In this document: positions 13,198 to 24,646 of the stretch, in pieces
Layout: each line of letters starts with the position of its first letter
How positions within the stretch are numbered: the first letter of the stretch is position 1
From: Catajapyx aquilonaris
Taxonomy: Eukaryota
Direction: 5' to 3'
DNA length: 30,875 nt
Assembly (NCBI GenBank): GCA_000934665.2
Contig: KZ538250.1
Span: forward strand, 62,001 to 92,875
Program-made: the position numbers and the translations under genes
Notes under the pieces: generated by a model
Seen by the model: only the letters and a program-made list of their open reading frames with translations
Told to the model about the DNA's origin: nothing
The model's database searches: none

Positions 13198-14364
13198 TAC
13201 ATGTAACCGGGAAATGATGTACACATCAAGAAACGGTTGGCCGATTTCGTCGCACACGCCAAGTTCTTGTTTGAAGAGGAGTTGGCTCAGCATTTATTTG
13301 TACTTGTTTCGTAAAGTGCGGGGGTTCATACCTGAAGCTTTGCTTTCAGGGGCCCTTGGACAATGCGCATGATTGTGAGACTGAGACATAAAAAAAAAAA
13401 ACTGCGTGTACATGGTACCTTATTTACTCCGAAAATCTCGTGTCCTTAAACAGTGAACTGGGCCCCAATTTTTCGCACTCGTAGTTATTCCATGCCTGAC
13501 AAGCTGCGTGCGAGCCTCGGTAATTGGCAGAGAGAGACGATTGACTTTCGTAGGCATTTATCTAGGGGAGTACTTATAATCGGTTCCTAGCAGGCGGTAT
13601 AATGCTATCATAGCACATGGCAGTCAAAATGGAAATTAAGCAAACCCCCAACTATCTGGAATGTCTAGAGTGGACAGCAGCTACTATGCCCTCAACTGTC
13701 AGTTTGGGGGCGCTTAGTCACTCCAGGGATTCCAGTTCGTTGGGATATCCGCAAGGTGGCAACATGGGGGGAAAGGGAGAAACGAGCGCTGATTGGCTGG
13801 CTGGGCATGCTCGCGATTTCTCCCCTTGCGCCGTGTGGCATGTCTCGCGGACTGTATAAGAGAATGGGCGAAAAATGGCAGTAGGCCTCAGAAATCTAGC
13901 GCAGGTTATTGGCAGAAATCCGGGAGAGAAAAGTAATCAGTGGCTGACATCCAACCAGTGTTTCTGTCCGAAGAAATGCTGGCGTGGTCAGTTGAGTGGA
14001 AGTCATCCATCTTGTAATCACATTTTTCTTGAGAAGCAATTGCGCTTGTTACGTCCGCACGATAAGATGCTTTGATTTATTTTTCTAGCGGATAACCCGT
14101 TATCACATTCTGGATCCAAACAACTGGTTGCACATCATCCATACATATCGTGTGACTGAGAAGATTATTTACGAATTTCGACCGTGCTACTTGAATCGAC
14201 GTTTTTGACAGGGAGGAAACAAGGCGTGTTTGTTGGTAGTACCTACAGTACAGTAGCGAAGTAGATAGTCGTAGAACACTGCTTTCGAGGTGTTGTGATC
14301 AAAAAGTGCAGAGGAAGAGCGCGATCACTCGGAGCACATCATGATCGTGACCATCGACTCAACA

Positions 14365-14436
14365 GCTTCCGTAGTTCAGTGGCAGAACACGCACTCGGGG
14401 AGTGCGGACCTGGGTTCGACTCCCAGCCGAGGCCCA
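14365..14436 (+). ncRNA. tRNA-like element (tRNA pseudogene or SINE head); unlikely to be a translating tRNA
   Basis: Acceptor GCTTCCG/CCGAGGC (one C-C mismatch, one G-U), D stem GTTC/GAAC, anticodon stem CGCAC/GTGCG with loop TCGGGGA, T arm CTGGG-TTCGACT-CCCAG. A box TAGTTCAGTGG and B box GGTTCGACTCC. It lacks U33 and has a variable region of only 3 nt. Confidence 0.75.
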
Positions 14437-14948
14437 TTGAGTTTCTAGATGGTCCCTCCGTCACTAAACGCATTTCCCGCTGGTTACACTGTTGGCACGT
14501 GGCATGGGGTATTATTATTATTTTGTTGTTGCTAGTTGCGGATAATACTCGAGTGGAAACGGACGGCTATGGCATTTGGGACAAAATGTGGACCTGTCGA
14601 ATTGCACTGGCCTGGAATTCAGGTGGACTGTCTGTTACAGAATCTCCACATCTCAGCAGTAGATACCAGTTTTTGTCCACCTACTCTCTCTCCTCTCTTT
14701 TACCCAGTGAAATTATCCCCCTCCCCTTTGTATACCCCCCCCCCCTGGGTGATAATGAAGAAAATGACGATGCGCATACACAAAACGGCTACCCAAAGAA
14801 TGATAATATACACCTTTACTCTACGTGGTCGGAAAGTGTTCCAAAGATAATGAAAGCTCAGACTGTTGTCATGTATATGGGTTATTCAAAGTGAATATAT
14901 TTTTGAAAACGTTGTTTCCTGATGTGAGGACGACACTAACATCGTTGT

Positions 14949-15080
14949 TGTACTTGTATACCGTGTGTAATGATGGTTATTAAAATGGACATTAAACATG
15001 TTTGTGGCAGAAATATTGATTGGCCTTTATGGCGTGAAGTGTTCCATGTAAATGTTTTTTATTTCTTTTTTGGTTTTACT
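14949..15080 (+). terminator. Predicted cleavage/polyadenylation region
   Basis: Several upstream TGTA motifs (14949-14969), ATTAAA at 14979-14984 and 14991-14996, then GT/T-rich downstream sequence (gtgttccatgtaaatgttttttatttcttttttggtttt). This is the canonical metazoan arrangement. Confidence 0.55.
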
Positions 15081-17192
15081 TGCCCTTGCGTCTTTTCTCA
15101 TCTGTTACCCCGGCAGCTGATTTTGGAATTTCAACGGCATTTCACGCATGCAACAGTGAATAGCTTAACGCAAAAAAATACCCTTTATTACAGTACCTTG
15201 CCGTGCTCATTAATCTCGGATGTTGTAAATTGCTGCCTACTATCTTATATAAAGAGGAAAAATCCTGGTTAAAGCTTCGCGGCACTAAAAATGTTCGCGA
15301 GGAGAATGGTGGGGGGGGGGGGGGGATGAGCAGAAAAAACCTATTCAACTTGAAAGTTTGGTTATATACAAGTGCGTCTATATCCAACAGAGTTTTGCTT
15401 CTTAATAGAGACTTGGAGTACAAAAAAAATGACTTGCCTATATCTTCTTTGAATCTCGCATTCAACGGTTTGCTGTTCGACGTCTGTTCAGAAAAGGTAT
15501 GACACGCTGGCGGAGAGAGAATGTTTGATGTGATGTCAAAAGGAATCTGACTCGCGATCCTCAAACTCCCGAGCCTTTGAACTATTGGATTCGCCGCTTG
15601 GGGTTTCCAGCTTGTGAAAATTGAAACCACTATAGGGAGTGTCCCAGATGTTGCATCCTTTCCATTCTCTTTCAGGAATGTCAACAACGAATCTTGCAAG
15701 TGATCCTTATAACTTACTTTGAATACACTGTACTTTGTTACACAACCTGGTTTTATTGAATGTGTGCGGTATTTTGCGAAATTGATCCTCATGTTTCGTA
15801 TGGTATTATTGTTCAAACAAGCAAAAAATGTACCGAATGTTTTATTGCTGAAAAGGAGCTCGTTAATCCAATCAAAAAAAGAGATTTAAAGAAATAAAAA
15901 TTACTGAACCCTGTCCTTCCCTATCCTACGTGATGATAAGACTAAATGAAAGTAGATGAGGCTACCGTTCCTAAAACTGAAATCGCGGGCCTGGTTGCTT
16001 TTGGTGTCCCTCCCGCTCCCTAAATTCATGGCGTGATTTTTGTTTCTCTTTCAGCTGTTTTATGGGGTCCCCCCACCCCCCTTCTGAACATACTATGGAC
16101 TTGTCACTTGTGAAGGGAGTACATCACACTGTAGTTGTATGTTCTTTACATGGCAGGGTAAGTCTGTCACGTGATCTTATTGATTGCCTAACATTGGTTG
16201 ATGGTGATCATGTGGCCAACTGTGTTGCGACAGTGACAGACTACCAACCATGTTCGAATATAAAAGTACTGATAAATTACTCATTATTTTATATATAGTA
16301 CAGTGCGTTGGATTACATAAAGTAGTTAGTATCAAATGAAATTAATGAATGAAACTAGTCTTTCCTCGGTACATTACAGGAAAGCCGTAATACAGTAAAG
16401 TTTTAGAATAACATCGAGCATCAAGCGTTTACCATCTCACCATAGTGCGTAATGACAGGGTGCACAAAATGTTGGAAGTCAGTGTCTGCCTTTCTTGCTG
16501 CCCATGAAGTAGTTTTCCGCGACCTCAAACAATTGATTTTATTACCTTTGATATGGCCCCAGATTGGTATTTTCTCTAATGAACATGTAAAGTGATGTGG
16601 TTTTTCATAACCTGAATTTGTATTTGTCAGTAAGATTCTCAAAATTACTGATAAAAGACATTGTGACGGCAAATTTTTGCCCAACTTGTAGTTAACTCTG
16701 AATAAGCGTCGTTTCGTAATTAAAATCTTCGAATACTGTCAATTCTCTAAAGGTAGTTAAAGAAAGATAGTATGTCTGGCTCGTTGATGATATTATTTAG
16801 ATTCAACCTATAGCCTAAATGCTGCTCCTAGACGCATGGATTAAAATAATGTAGACTACAGGCAGTTTTTCATTTTCGTTTTCATTTTTCACTTGCGCTT
16901 GGTGATAAATACATATCTTAATATGATTGGCAAGTTATATTTCTACGAGTATAATTCATTTAATACAATTAATTGTAAAAAAACCCGATTGAAATATGCA
17001 CTTAGACTTAAATAACTCAAAATGATATCCTGTGCGGGGGAATGGGTAGGGAAGGTTTGGTTGGACTGTTCGGATGGAGGGGCCTGGAACGGCCCAAAAA
17101 ATATTTTTGCCAAAAACAAAGGTGTAGGCCCCCCCTCCCTCAGTATCTATGCCAGATCGCCTGTCCTACACATCCCTCTCATCGACGACCCA

Positions 17193-17533
17193 GAACTTTA
17201 CTTTACACTGACTTATCAGCTAAGAAATGTCGTACTTCTCAGCAGCCACCAGAATTGATGATCTTGCTAGAATTCCATGGGTTGCTTACCCTGTGGTATG
17301 TTGTCGGTGTACATGAACCCCAATAGTGCCCGCAGGACGTCCGATCGCATGCCCTTTAATTATTCAGCTTGGCCAGAGGTAACCTCAGTCATCCTATGGG
17401 CAAACATGCTAAAAGAGACAGGACTTCTAGCAGCCAAGATCATCTTGTGGACTGGAAATTCCTGGCCTTCTGCTACAAGGGCATCACTTTCAGAATCTAG
17501 CAGTGTCTTAAAGTCGGTAGTTATTGATGGCAT
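17193..17533 (-). pseudogene. Decayed intronless SPOP/roadkill-like BTB/POZ-domain pseudogene
   Basis: Reads MPSITTDFKTLLDSESDALVAEGQEFPVHKMILAARSPVSFSMFAHRMTEVTSGQAE*LKGMRSDVLRALLGFMYTDNIP, then after a frameshift near 17270 LARSSILVAAEKYDIS*LISQCKVKF. It matches the SPOP-type BTB motifs EF.AHK.ILAARSPVF..MF, F.YTG and LL.AADKY.L..LK..C. In-frame stops are at 17360-17362 and 17220-17222. Confidence 0.88.
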
Positions 17534-18339
17534 GAGATTTCCGATGATATTCGGTTCTTTTGGCCGATACTGCCCCTCACAATAATCGTTCGGATGCCTT
17601 GGGGAAGTAAATCCGGCCGAGAGAACAGACCGCACCGGAATCAGACCGGAATGAAGTGAGAGAATCCCTTAGGTCCCCCACTCGGAGCACATCACCTTCA
17701 AAGAAATGACATAGATAGGATCGTCTTGTTATGTCTGTTAAAAGAGTGTAAAATTGTTCATCTTATTATTGTTGTTGTCAGGAAAATCTATTACCGTACA
17801 TCAACATGTTGTATACTTTCATAATGTCAAGCGTAAATGTGTGCAATACTCACATCCCAACATGCTTTGAGAATAGTCCTTCATCAGCTTGACCATGGCA
17901 TATGATTGCACTGTCTCTCCATGGCAAGTACAGGCCTACCTTATTTTCAGCACTCCTTTTGTAGTGATAATAATTATTGTTGGCACTCTTGATGATGAAT
18001 TCTATCTGGTGGATTTCCTACAGGTTGTGTCTTCCATTGATCATCAATAGTAAGTTGTAAATAGTGATAGGTGGTGGTGATAGGTGGTAATCACATCGTG
18101 CTATAGTTCTGGAGTAGGGTTGAGACTTGTGCATTCAGAGCATTCCTTCCCCCTCCCCCTCCCCCTATTTTTCCTTCTATACTGGTTTTCGCTTTTTTAA
18201 ATGTTAAATTTGCATTAAAATGTACATTAAAATTTAACAAGAATTGTGAACCATTAGATTTTCAGATCTTATTTTGGAACCTCTCCAGAGTTGCGTACGA
18301 TTGCGTCTTGTCTATGAAAATATATAATTATACAGTAAT

Positions 18340-18708
18340 GGGGAAGGTGCGGTGGCCGAGATGGTAACGTCTCGGCTTGCTATGCGAAAGGTCCCGGGTT
18401 CAAATCCCCACCCGGGAGCAAACCTTTCGCTTGCGTCAATGGGTCGTGACCCGCGCCTGAGGAAGCGTCTTGGCAACCTGACCTCCTGGGGGACTGCACC
18501 TGGCCCACCGCTGGACAATGCACCTGCACATGTGTCCCCTGCCCAAACCCCCCAACCCTTACCCCATTTCCTAGTACCATAATCCTTGCACCGGTGATCG
18601 AAGGAAAAATAATTAGAAAACTGTATGGTGGTCTGCCACCCCCTATAACGACCAAGTAGTTGTATCACGGGGTAAATAAAATAAAAAATAAAAAATAAAA
18701 AATAAAAA
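18340..18708 (+). mobile_element. Full-length tRNA-derived SINE (family A, about 370 bp)
   Basis: Pol III A box TGGCCGAGATGG (18353-18364), B box GGTTCAAATCC (18397-18407) and a (TAAAAA)n tail (18673-18708). Perfect 16-bp TSD ATAATTATACAGTAAT at 18324-18339 and 18709-18724. Confidence 0.92.
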
Positions 18709-20068
18709 ATAATTATACAGTAATTTAAAATTATTTTTCATTGCACTCCAACGTCTAGGGTCTGTCTTCTCATTATAAACACAAAGCCCTTTATGAAGAA
18801 TGACTATATACCTTCAGTCTTCAGCTGTCTGATCCTAGAGGCAAACAAGCAGAAAGCTACCCAATATAATGAAGAATATTGGCATCATAATTATGTTGCC
18901 CTCAGAAAAACAGACTTTCATTGACGAAGAGTCAACAAACCTGGGTCAGTGTTGGGTATCAATGGATGCCACACATGTAAACAAGGGAAGTGCACTGCCC
19001 AAGGACATAAATAATTTTATATTGGGAGGGTAGGTGAAGTAGGTGTGGATTATTTTACTCTGCAACCTTCTTCCAGTGTAATTCTGATCTTTAAAGTGAT
19101 TGATATCATAAATTAATAATCCATAATTTCTTTTCGTACCACCTCATGTCACTGAGGACATGTGCAAGTACACCATCCTGTAAGAAGCATGTAGGGTAGA
19201 TTGCAATATTGCATATTTCATCATGAATATTATTGTACCAGAAATAAATCGATGATGTAGGTATGGCTATATAGAGTCTAGTAACGGGTCTCGTTTTTAG
19301 GCTTTTAATGAACGTGAATGCCTCAGTAAAGGTGCTTGGCGGGGTGGTTGGAATGGCTGATGATTATGGCTGACTTTTACATTCCTGTCTCCCATCAAGC
19401 AGAAGCAGACATAGGTACGATGTGAAGCATCGCAATAATTTTCTCACCCGTCGCTACAATCATGTTTGTTGTAGGGTTCTGAAGAGCTGAGTTTTTGGTC
19501 TTAAAGGGCGTGATCGCCGTGATGAATCTTATCATGTTATCATACAGAAGAAATCATTATCTCTTACGATTTCGGAGAATCGAGGTTTCTTGCGATCATA
19601 GAAAGAAAGTGCCAGGTTCCTATTCAAAAATAATTCGTAGTAATACAAGCAGTACAGCAAAAGTTGTAATCTGCATGCACGGTACGTACTGTACAGTACC
19701 TCAGGCGAATGGTGATGAAATTCACAAACTCTTGTTCTGAAAGAGGCACAAGTGTGCCAGATTCCAATATCAGACAGTTTGTACAGTAAGAGCATTTTCA
19801 CTGTACATAAGGGAAGTTAAAAGAATTTATTCCTCACAAAAATTAACATAGGCTCATGACTTCACATGCTGTACCCTTATCTACGAACTACTCAACAGAA
19901 ACAGTGTGTTGATAAAAAAATAACTAACTGTATGCAAGATTTTGTAAGACTATTTGGAGCAGTCTCTTACTTGGTCACACCCTAGGTTGCCAAATGAGTG
20001 AATTGACCTTTTAAATTTCTACACAGTACCACTTCCATCCTAATCATCCCTTCTTCCGACAAAAGTAC

Positions 20069-20104
<36 letters not shown>
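20069..20104. repeat. (AGT)12 microsatellite
   Basis: Perfect trinucleotide run read directly. Confidence 0.95.
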
Positions 20105-23100
20105 CCTATCTCTTCAATAAATACCCTGCAATTAAGGATGATGAGAACTGTTAGACAATAATAAAGCATTAAAGGTCACTCACCATATTATGATTCTTGT
20201 TAATAAATCTAACTGCGGCACTTTACGTACAAACTGCCTCAGTTGAGCAATCCAGTTGCACTCATTTCAAATAAAATTCAACAACTCTATCAATGTTAAG
20301 TTGTTTTTTTCTTTCGGTACCGGTACTTACCTCAACGGTCTTTACACTCTTACACGCATTATTATGCATAAAAGTTAAACTCTGTGCTAGGGTGCATGTA
20401 CTGACCTGAACGTAGCCTAGCTATACATAAAAGTTGCACTACTCGAGAAAGTCAAGTCTATTTTTACTCTTAGATCGCGACAAGCCAATCAACGATCGTT
20501 TCTCTTTTTTCCCCTCTCGCCTAACTTTTTAACACGATATCACTGTAAACGAGCTCAGCCTGGAACGACATCCAAAATCATTCATTCCGCCTCCCTGGAG
20601 AAGTCCGAAAGTTGGACCATAAAAATGACTGCCTCCACACAAATGGACCCCTCCTTCTTCGATCTCCATCTTTCTCCCTGGGCTCCCCCTTTTAGTGGGG
20701 GATGCAGACTCCCTGCAGGACACGCAGGCAAGGAAAAAGAGCGATAATGATGGGGCCGGGCAGACAAGCATTCCTTCCTTCTACCCCACCATTCGTTCGG
20801 GTGTGAGAGATAGCTGGAGAACAAGTTGGACTAAACAAAGTGTCTGTCACAGAATAAGTGTAGCCCTGTCTCCCCCTTTGGAAATCGGGTCACCCCATCC
20901 TTCCGTCTCAAAGAACTGTCCAAGGACTGGTCATCAGGAGCCAAGCTACAATACTGGATGCCCGACAAAGTCCGGCTTCATGAAACATTTACTGGCACTG
21001 GAAGAAGCAAGGAGCAAGGACTGGCTCCAAAGTCTCGGGGAGTCTTCGAGCGTGAAAGGAATACGGCTTTCCCGTTGCCATGCATTATTTATGGCTTCGA
21101 AACGGTCAATCCCAACTGCTCGCTGGACTCATCGTTGTCGCAGGGTGGTTAAGTTAACGCTGCAGTATTCCGAGGCTCCTCGCCCTGTCACTTAAATATT
21201 ATTCCTTCTGTCAAGATGCGTCCACACTGATAACTTTGGGCTAGTTTTAAAAAGTTCGGCAAACATCGAAGCAGTGCATGGTGGTTGTGGCTCATTCCAG
21301 CAGCGTACTACAACCTATGCATTTTAAATTCTGAATTGGCATACTTTCACAAGCTTGTTATCCTGCACGCACCGTTTTCATTTCATTCTGACGCGTAGGT
21401 GAAGTTATGGAGCAACTTGAACCCGCATCCTAGCAAGCCCTCCAAATTACCATACTAAAGTACTACTTCAATCCCCAATTATGTAGCAGCCAACCCACAC
21501 CTTCATGAATTTACAACCGCTTTCATTATTCCCTTCCTAAAAGATTTACACCCAATCAGCGTTGATGAAAATAAAACCGTTGACGGAAATAACGCTCCAA
21601 AAAAAACCGTTAATACCCCCACCCCCCATTTTGATCAGTTGACCGCATACGTGTGGACATCTAGTTGCACGTACGGTACTTTGCCTCCCCTGAAAATGGT
21701 ACTGCATTGACCGGATTTCTTTTAGCGTAAATTACTTTCACAACCCCAACCCCCAGCGTACACTTTGGTTCGTGGCGAGGATGCGACGACCTGTTGATCC
21801 AATCAGCAGATTACTCAACCGCCTGCGCCCATATTGTAACGGCGCCAAACCAAACGACACCCCCTGCCACTCTCACCCCCAATGGCGCCCTCTATTTTTT
21901 GCCTCCACCCCACGTCCCTCTTTCCGACAACCTCTTTCTTTTTTGGCGGGATCGAGTCGCGCCCTTCTGAACATGAGGCTCGGATTCTCCCTGGATCCAA
22001 TTTTCTTGGGCTTTGTGGCTGTTTTCAGCATCCTTCCCGTATCTTCTTTGACGACCTTTTATGAAGGCATCAACCTTCCCTTTGCCTCCGCAATCCCATT
22101 CTTCCAGTCCTCCGAGCTGCTTTGAGGAAGGAAGGACCAGCAAATTGTTATGAAACGCCCCGTCGAGACAAGAGAAGGAGGACACGAACGGGGGAGCTAG
22201 GCCGGCTTAGGGTTTTTGCCTTGTGCGCCGGAACATATTTCCAGACCTTCAACAATGGGCTTTCAGATTCAGTTACACTATTGGTAGGATCGGTGGAGTA
22301 GATTCAAAGATACGTTCTCAATTTCTAGGTACTGTTTTTGTCTTGCACAGAAGACTTCTGTACTGTACAAATTGCGAACAATGCCTGTACATACAGTGTC
22401 TTCCAGGCTGCACGGATTTGTCAACAACTAATTGGGTTCAATCATCCACCGTCTGTATCCTTCCCTCCATAGCAACGCCCTGAACTACAAGAACCAATGT
22501 AGCATTACTAGTCAATGACCGTCTCGGACTGCCGCTGCTAGATATATCCGTATATTTGACGTGCATCTGACATTTGAAAAAAAGCGACAAAAACAAAACA
22601 CCTCGGCAAATCTTTCCCTCACGACCTGTCTCCTCCGCTCAGAAAAAAAGAAAAAGAAAAAGTGAAGCGTCGTCGACTGGAAAAGATGCCATGCAATCGT
22701 GTGTTTACATCTGTCGTTCTCCGAGGAGCTGTGTCATTCAGCTCGACATTTTACAGGAAACGAGTTAAGAAGCTAACAAGGAAGCAAGTGAGCAAGCTGT
22801 CTGTCTGTCAGCCTGTCGCTTCTTCTTCCCTTGCTCCTGTCCCCTCTGCTTTCTTTCCCTAGAGAACAAAATGAATAGAGGGAAGAGGACAACCCTAAGG
22901 TCCAAAATTTTTATCCCCCAGGAGAATCGTGGCTGAGATGCATTTTGGACGGTGCTCAGACGAAAATGGTCGCGCTGATGCTGCAATTTTCTGCTACTCG
23001 TAATGTTGTTAGGAGAAGGGGGATCAACCCTGTTATGGCAGCAAGGAGTCTTGGCTGGCGTTACGTACTGTAATGGCCTGTGTCCTGCACGCCCGCATAG

Positions 23101-23962
23101 CTAGCAGGACCACATAGAGCTAGGCCTACCTAGGCCCAGCCCCGTCCCATTTGTCCATTATATGCCCAAATGAGGCCACATACGGTTTCTGAATTAAACA
23201 CACGTTAAATATGCAAACTTTGCAAAACAAAACCTCTCCCTCCCTGGTTTTTATTACGTCATCTCCTCCACAAATGAATGTGCTACCATTCTGGAAGCAT
23301 AATTTGGGCTGAGACCATGCCAAGTAGGTCTATCACAGGACGTCAGGACCCTACACACAATGATGAGCAACTCAGAAATTATTTCCTTCTGCCTTCAACA
23401 AATGTATCAATAAAATAATTGTTGACTTCATAAAAAATTCTACCATTGTTAAAAGAGCATAGCCACGAGCGTGACAGATACCGGTACTTCGATCATTTTT
23501 CAGGGCATTTTTCTCACATATAGAAAAGTCACAAACACAATGACATCAATGGTGGCATGAAAACATACGTGGGAAAGTTCGTAGTTGAGCCAATATAGGC
23601 TCAAACTTGCGACAAAATATTAACAGGTGTCCGGTCAGAGAAATTCACCATCTGCCATCACGTCATCTTCCATGAATGGGTATGATCGAATTATATTAAT
23701 TTATTTTTAAATACACATAATTTATACTGTTTTAATATTTGACCTACACACTAGGCACAATAAAACTTCTCAAACACCTTTTCAGGCCATAATATTTGTC
23801 GAATTGCAGTTGCGTTGTTTTGGACAGCTGCGCATTATTAAGCAGTTAATTTTGCACAGATACTTTTAATAGTTATCAAATGTATTAGTTGATAATATTA
23901 GACCACTATTGAGTCAAATATACCAGTTCTGAATTGCAATGATTTCCGATTGGGAGTGCCCC

Positions 23963-24120
23963 CAAGGGGGTAACCACTTCGGTACTCCGGCGTACACCTG
24001 CGAGTGATACTCCCAGGTACTCCTACTGTAGGTACCTTACTCTTTGGTACTCCTTGGTATTCCTTGAATTTGGTACTCGAGTGTAGGCCTTCACTTTACA
24101 GTCGAGTGGTTAACCCCTTG
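23963..24120. mobile_element. MITE with 8-bp TSD (hAT- or P-type), 158 bp
   Basis: Left end CAAGGGGGTAACCACT versus reverse complement of the right end CAAGGGGTTAACCACT (one mismatch). Flanks AGTGCCCC (23955-23962) and AGTGGCCC (24121-24128) match 7/8. The interior carries repeated GGTACTCC motifs. Confidence 0.8.
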
Positions 24121-24646
24121 AGTGGCCCACTGTAAATATTGGCATCAAACTTCAATGATAGGTCCAAATTTTGCATGTCAGACTCCCTTTATAGGCTTTA
24201 AAAAGGCTGGGTCCACACAACCTATCAGAGTATCAGGCATCAACACCCCCCCCCCCCCCCTGGAGGATGACGTAGGCCTAATAATAAATTACTGTATGTA
24301 CAATACAGCCCCCATCAGGGTAACCAGCTGATAAGCGAGATATTAGTGACATTCTTACCTATTTGTAGGCCTATCTGACTTGACCTATCTTCCACACGAT
24401 AATTATAATAACAGTACTAACTGCTGCAGTCGTTTTACATTATTTACGAGCATGCTACTCTCGATGGAACAAAGTCAGTCTAAACGAGGCTAGACAATCA
24501 GATTTTCATACATCATCCAACTGGACAATACGGGATTTTCGACTTGATGCAAAAAATATGAAAAGCTTAGTTATCACTTTACATTAATAAAGACCATAGC
24601 TACCACATCCTACGTTACCGCGTGTCTCCAAATAACAGTCTTTTGC

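Larger units (their letters stand above)
11740..15015 (+). other. Probable long 3' UTR of the FAM20C-like gene (3' end approximate)
   Basis: Follows the TAG stop and has A/U-rich tracts. I see no AATAAA between the stop and the ATTAAA pair at 14979/14991. The 3' end is inferred from poly(A) signal context. Confidence 0.5.

Noticed and set aside
14365..14436. Functional tRNA-Pro(GGG) gene
   Set aside because: No U33, a 3-nt variable region, an acceptor mismatch, no clear oligo-T terminator right after it, and an anticodon not normally used in eukaryotes.
14295..14894. 199-aa plus-strand ORF
   Set aside because: GTG start; it runs through the tRNA-like element, an ATT tract and a poly-C run inside the predicted UTR, with no recognisable domain.
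17700..18000. MATH-domain remnant upstream of the BTB pseudogene (ENKVGLYL on the minus strand)
   Set aside because: Only a 4-5 residue resemblance, and the surrounding frames do not fit.
22810..22900. Long polypyrimidine tract ending in AG at 22862
   Set aside because: No convincing downstream donor or coding frame; pyrimidine-rich patches are common in this window.
23981..24079. CRISPR-like repeat-spacer array
   Set aside because: Repeats are only 8 bp with 2-8 bp spacers, enclosed by TIRs, in eukaryotic DNA with no cas genes.
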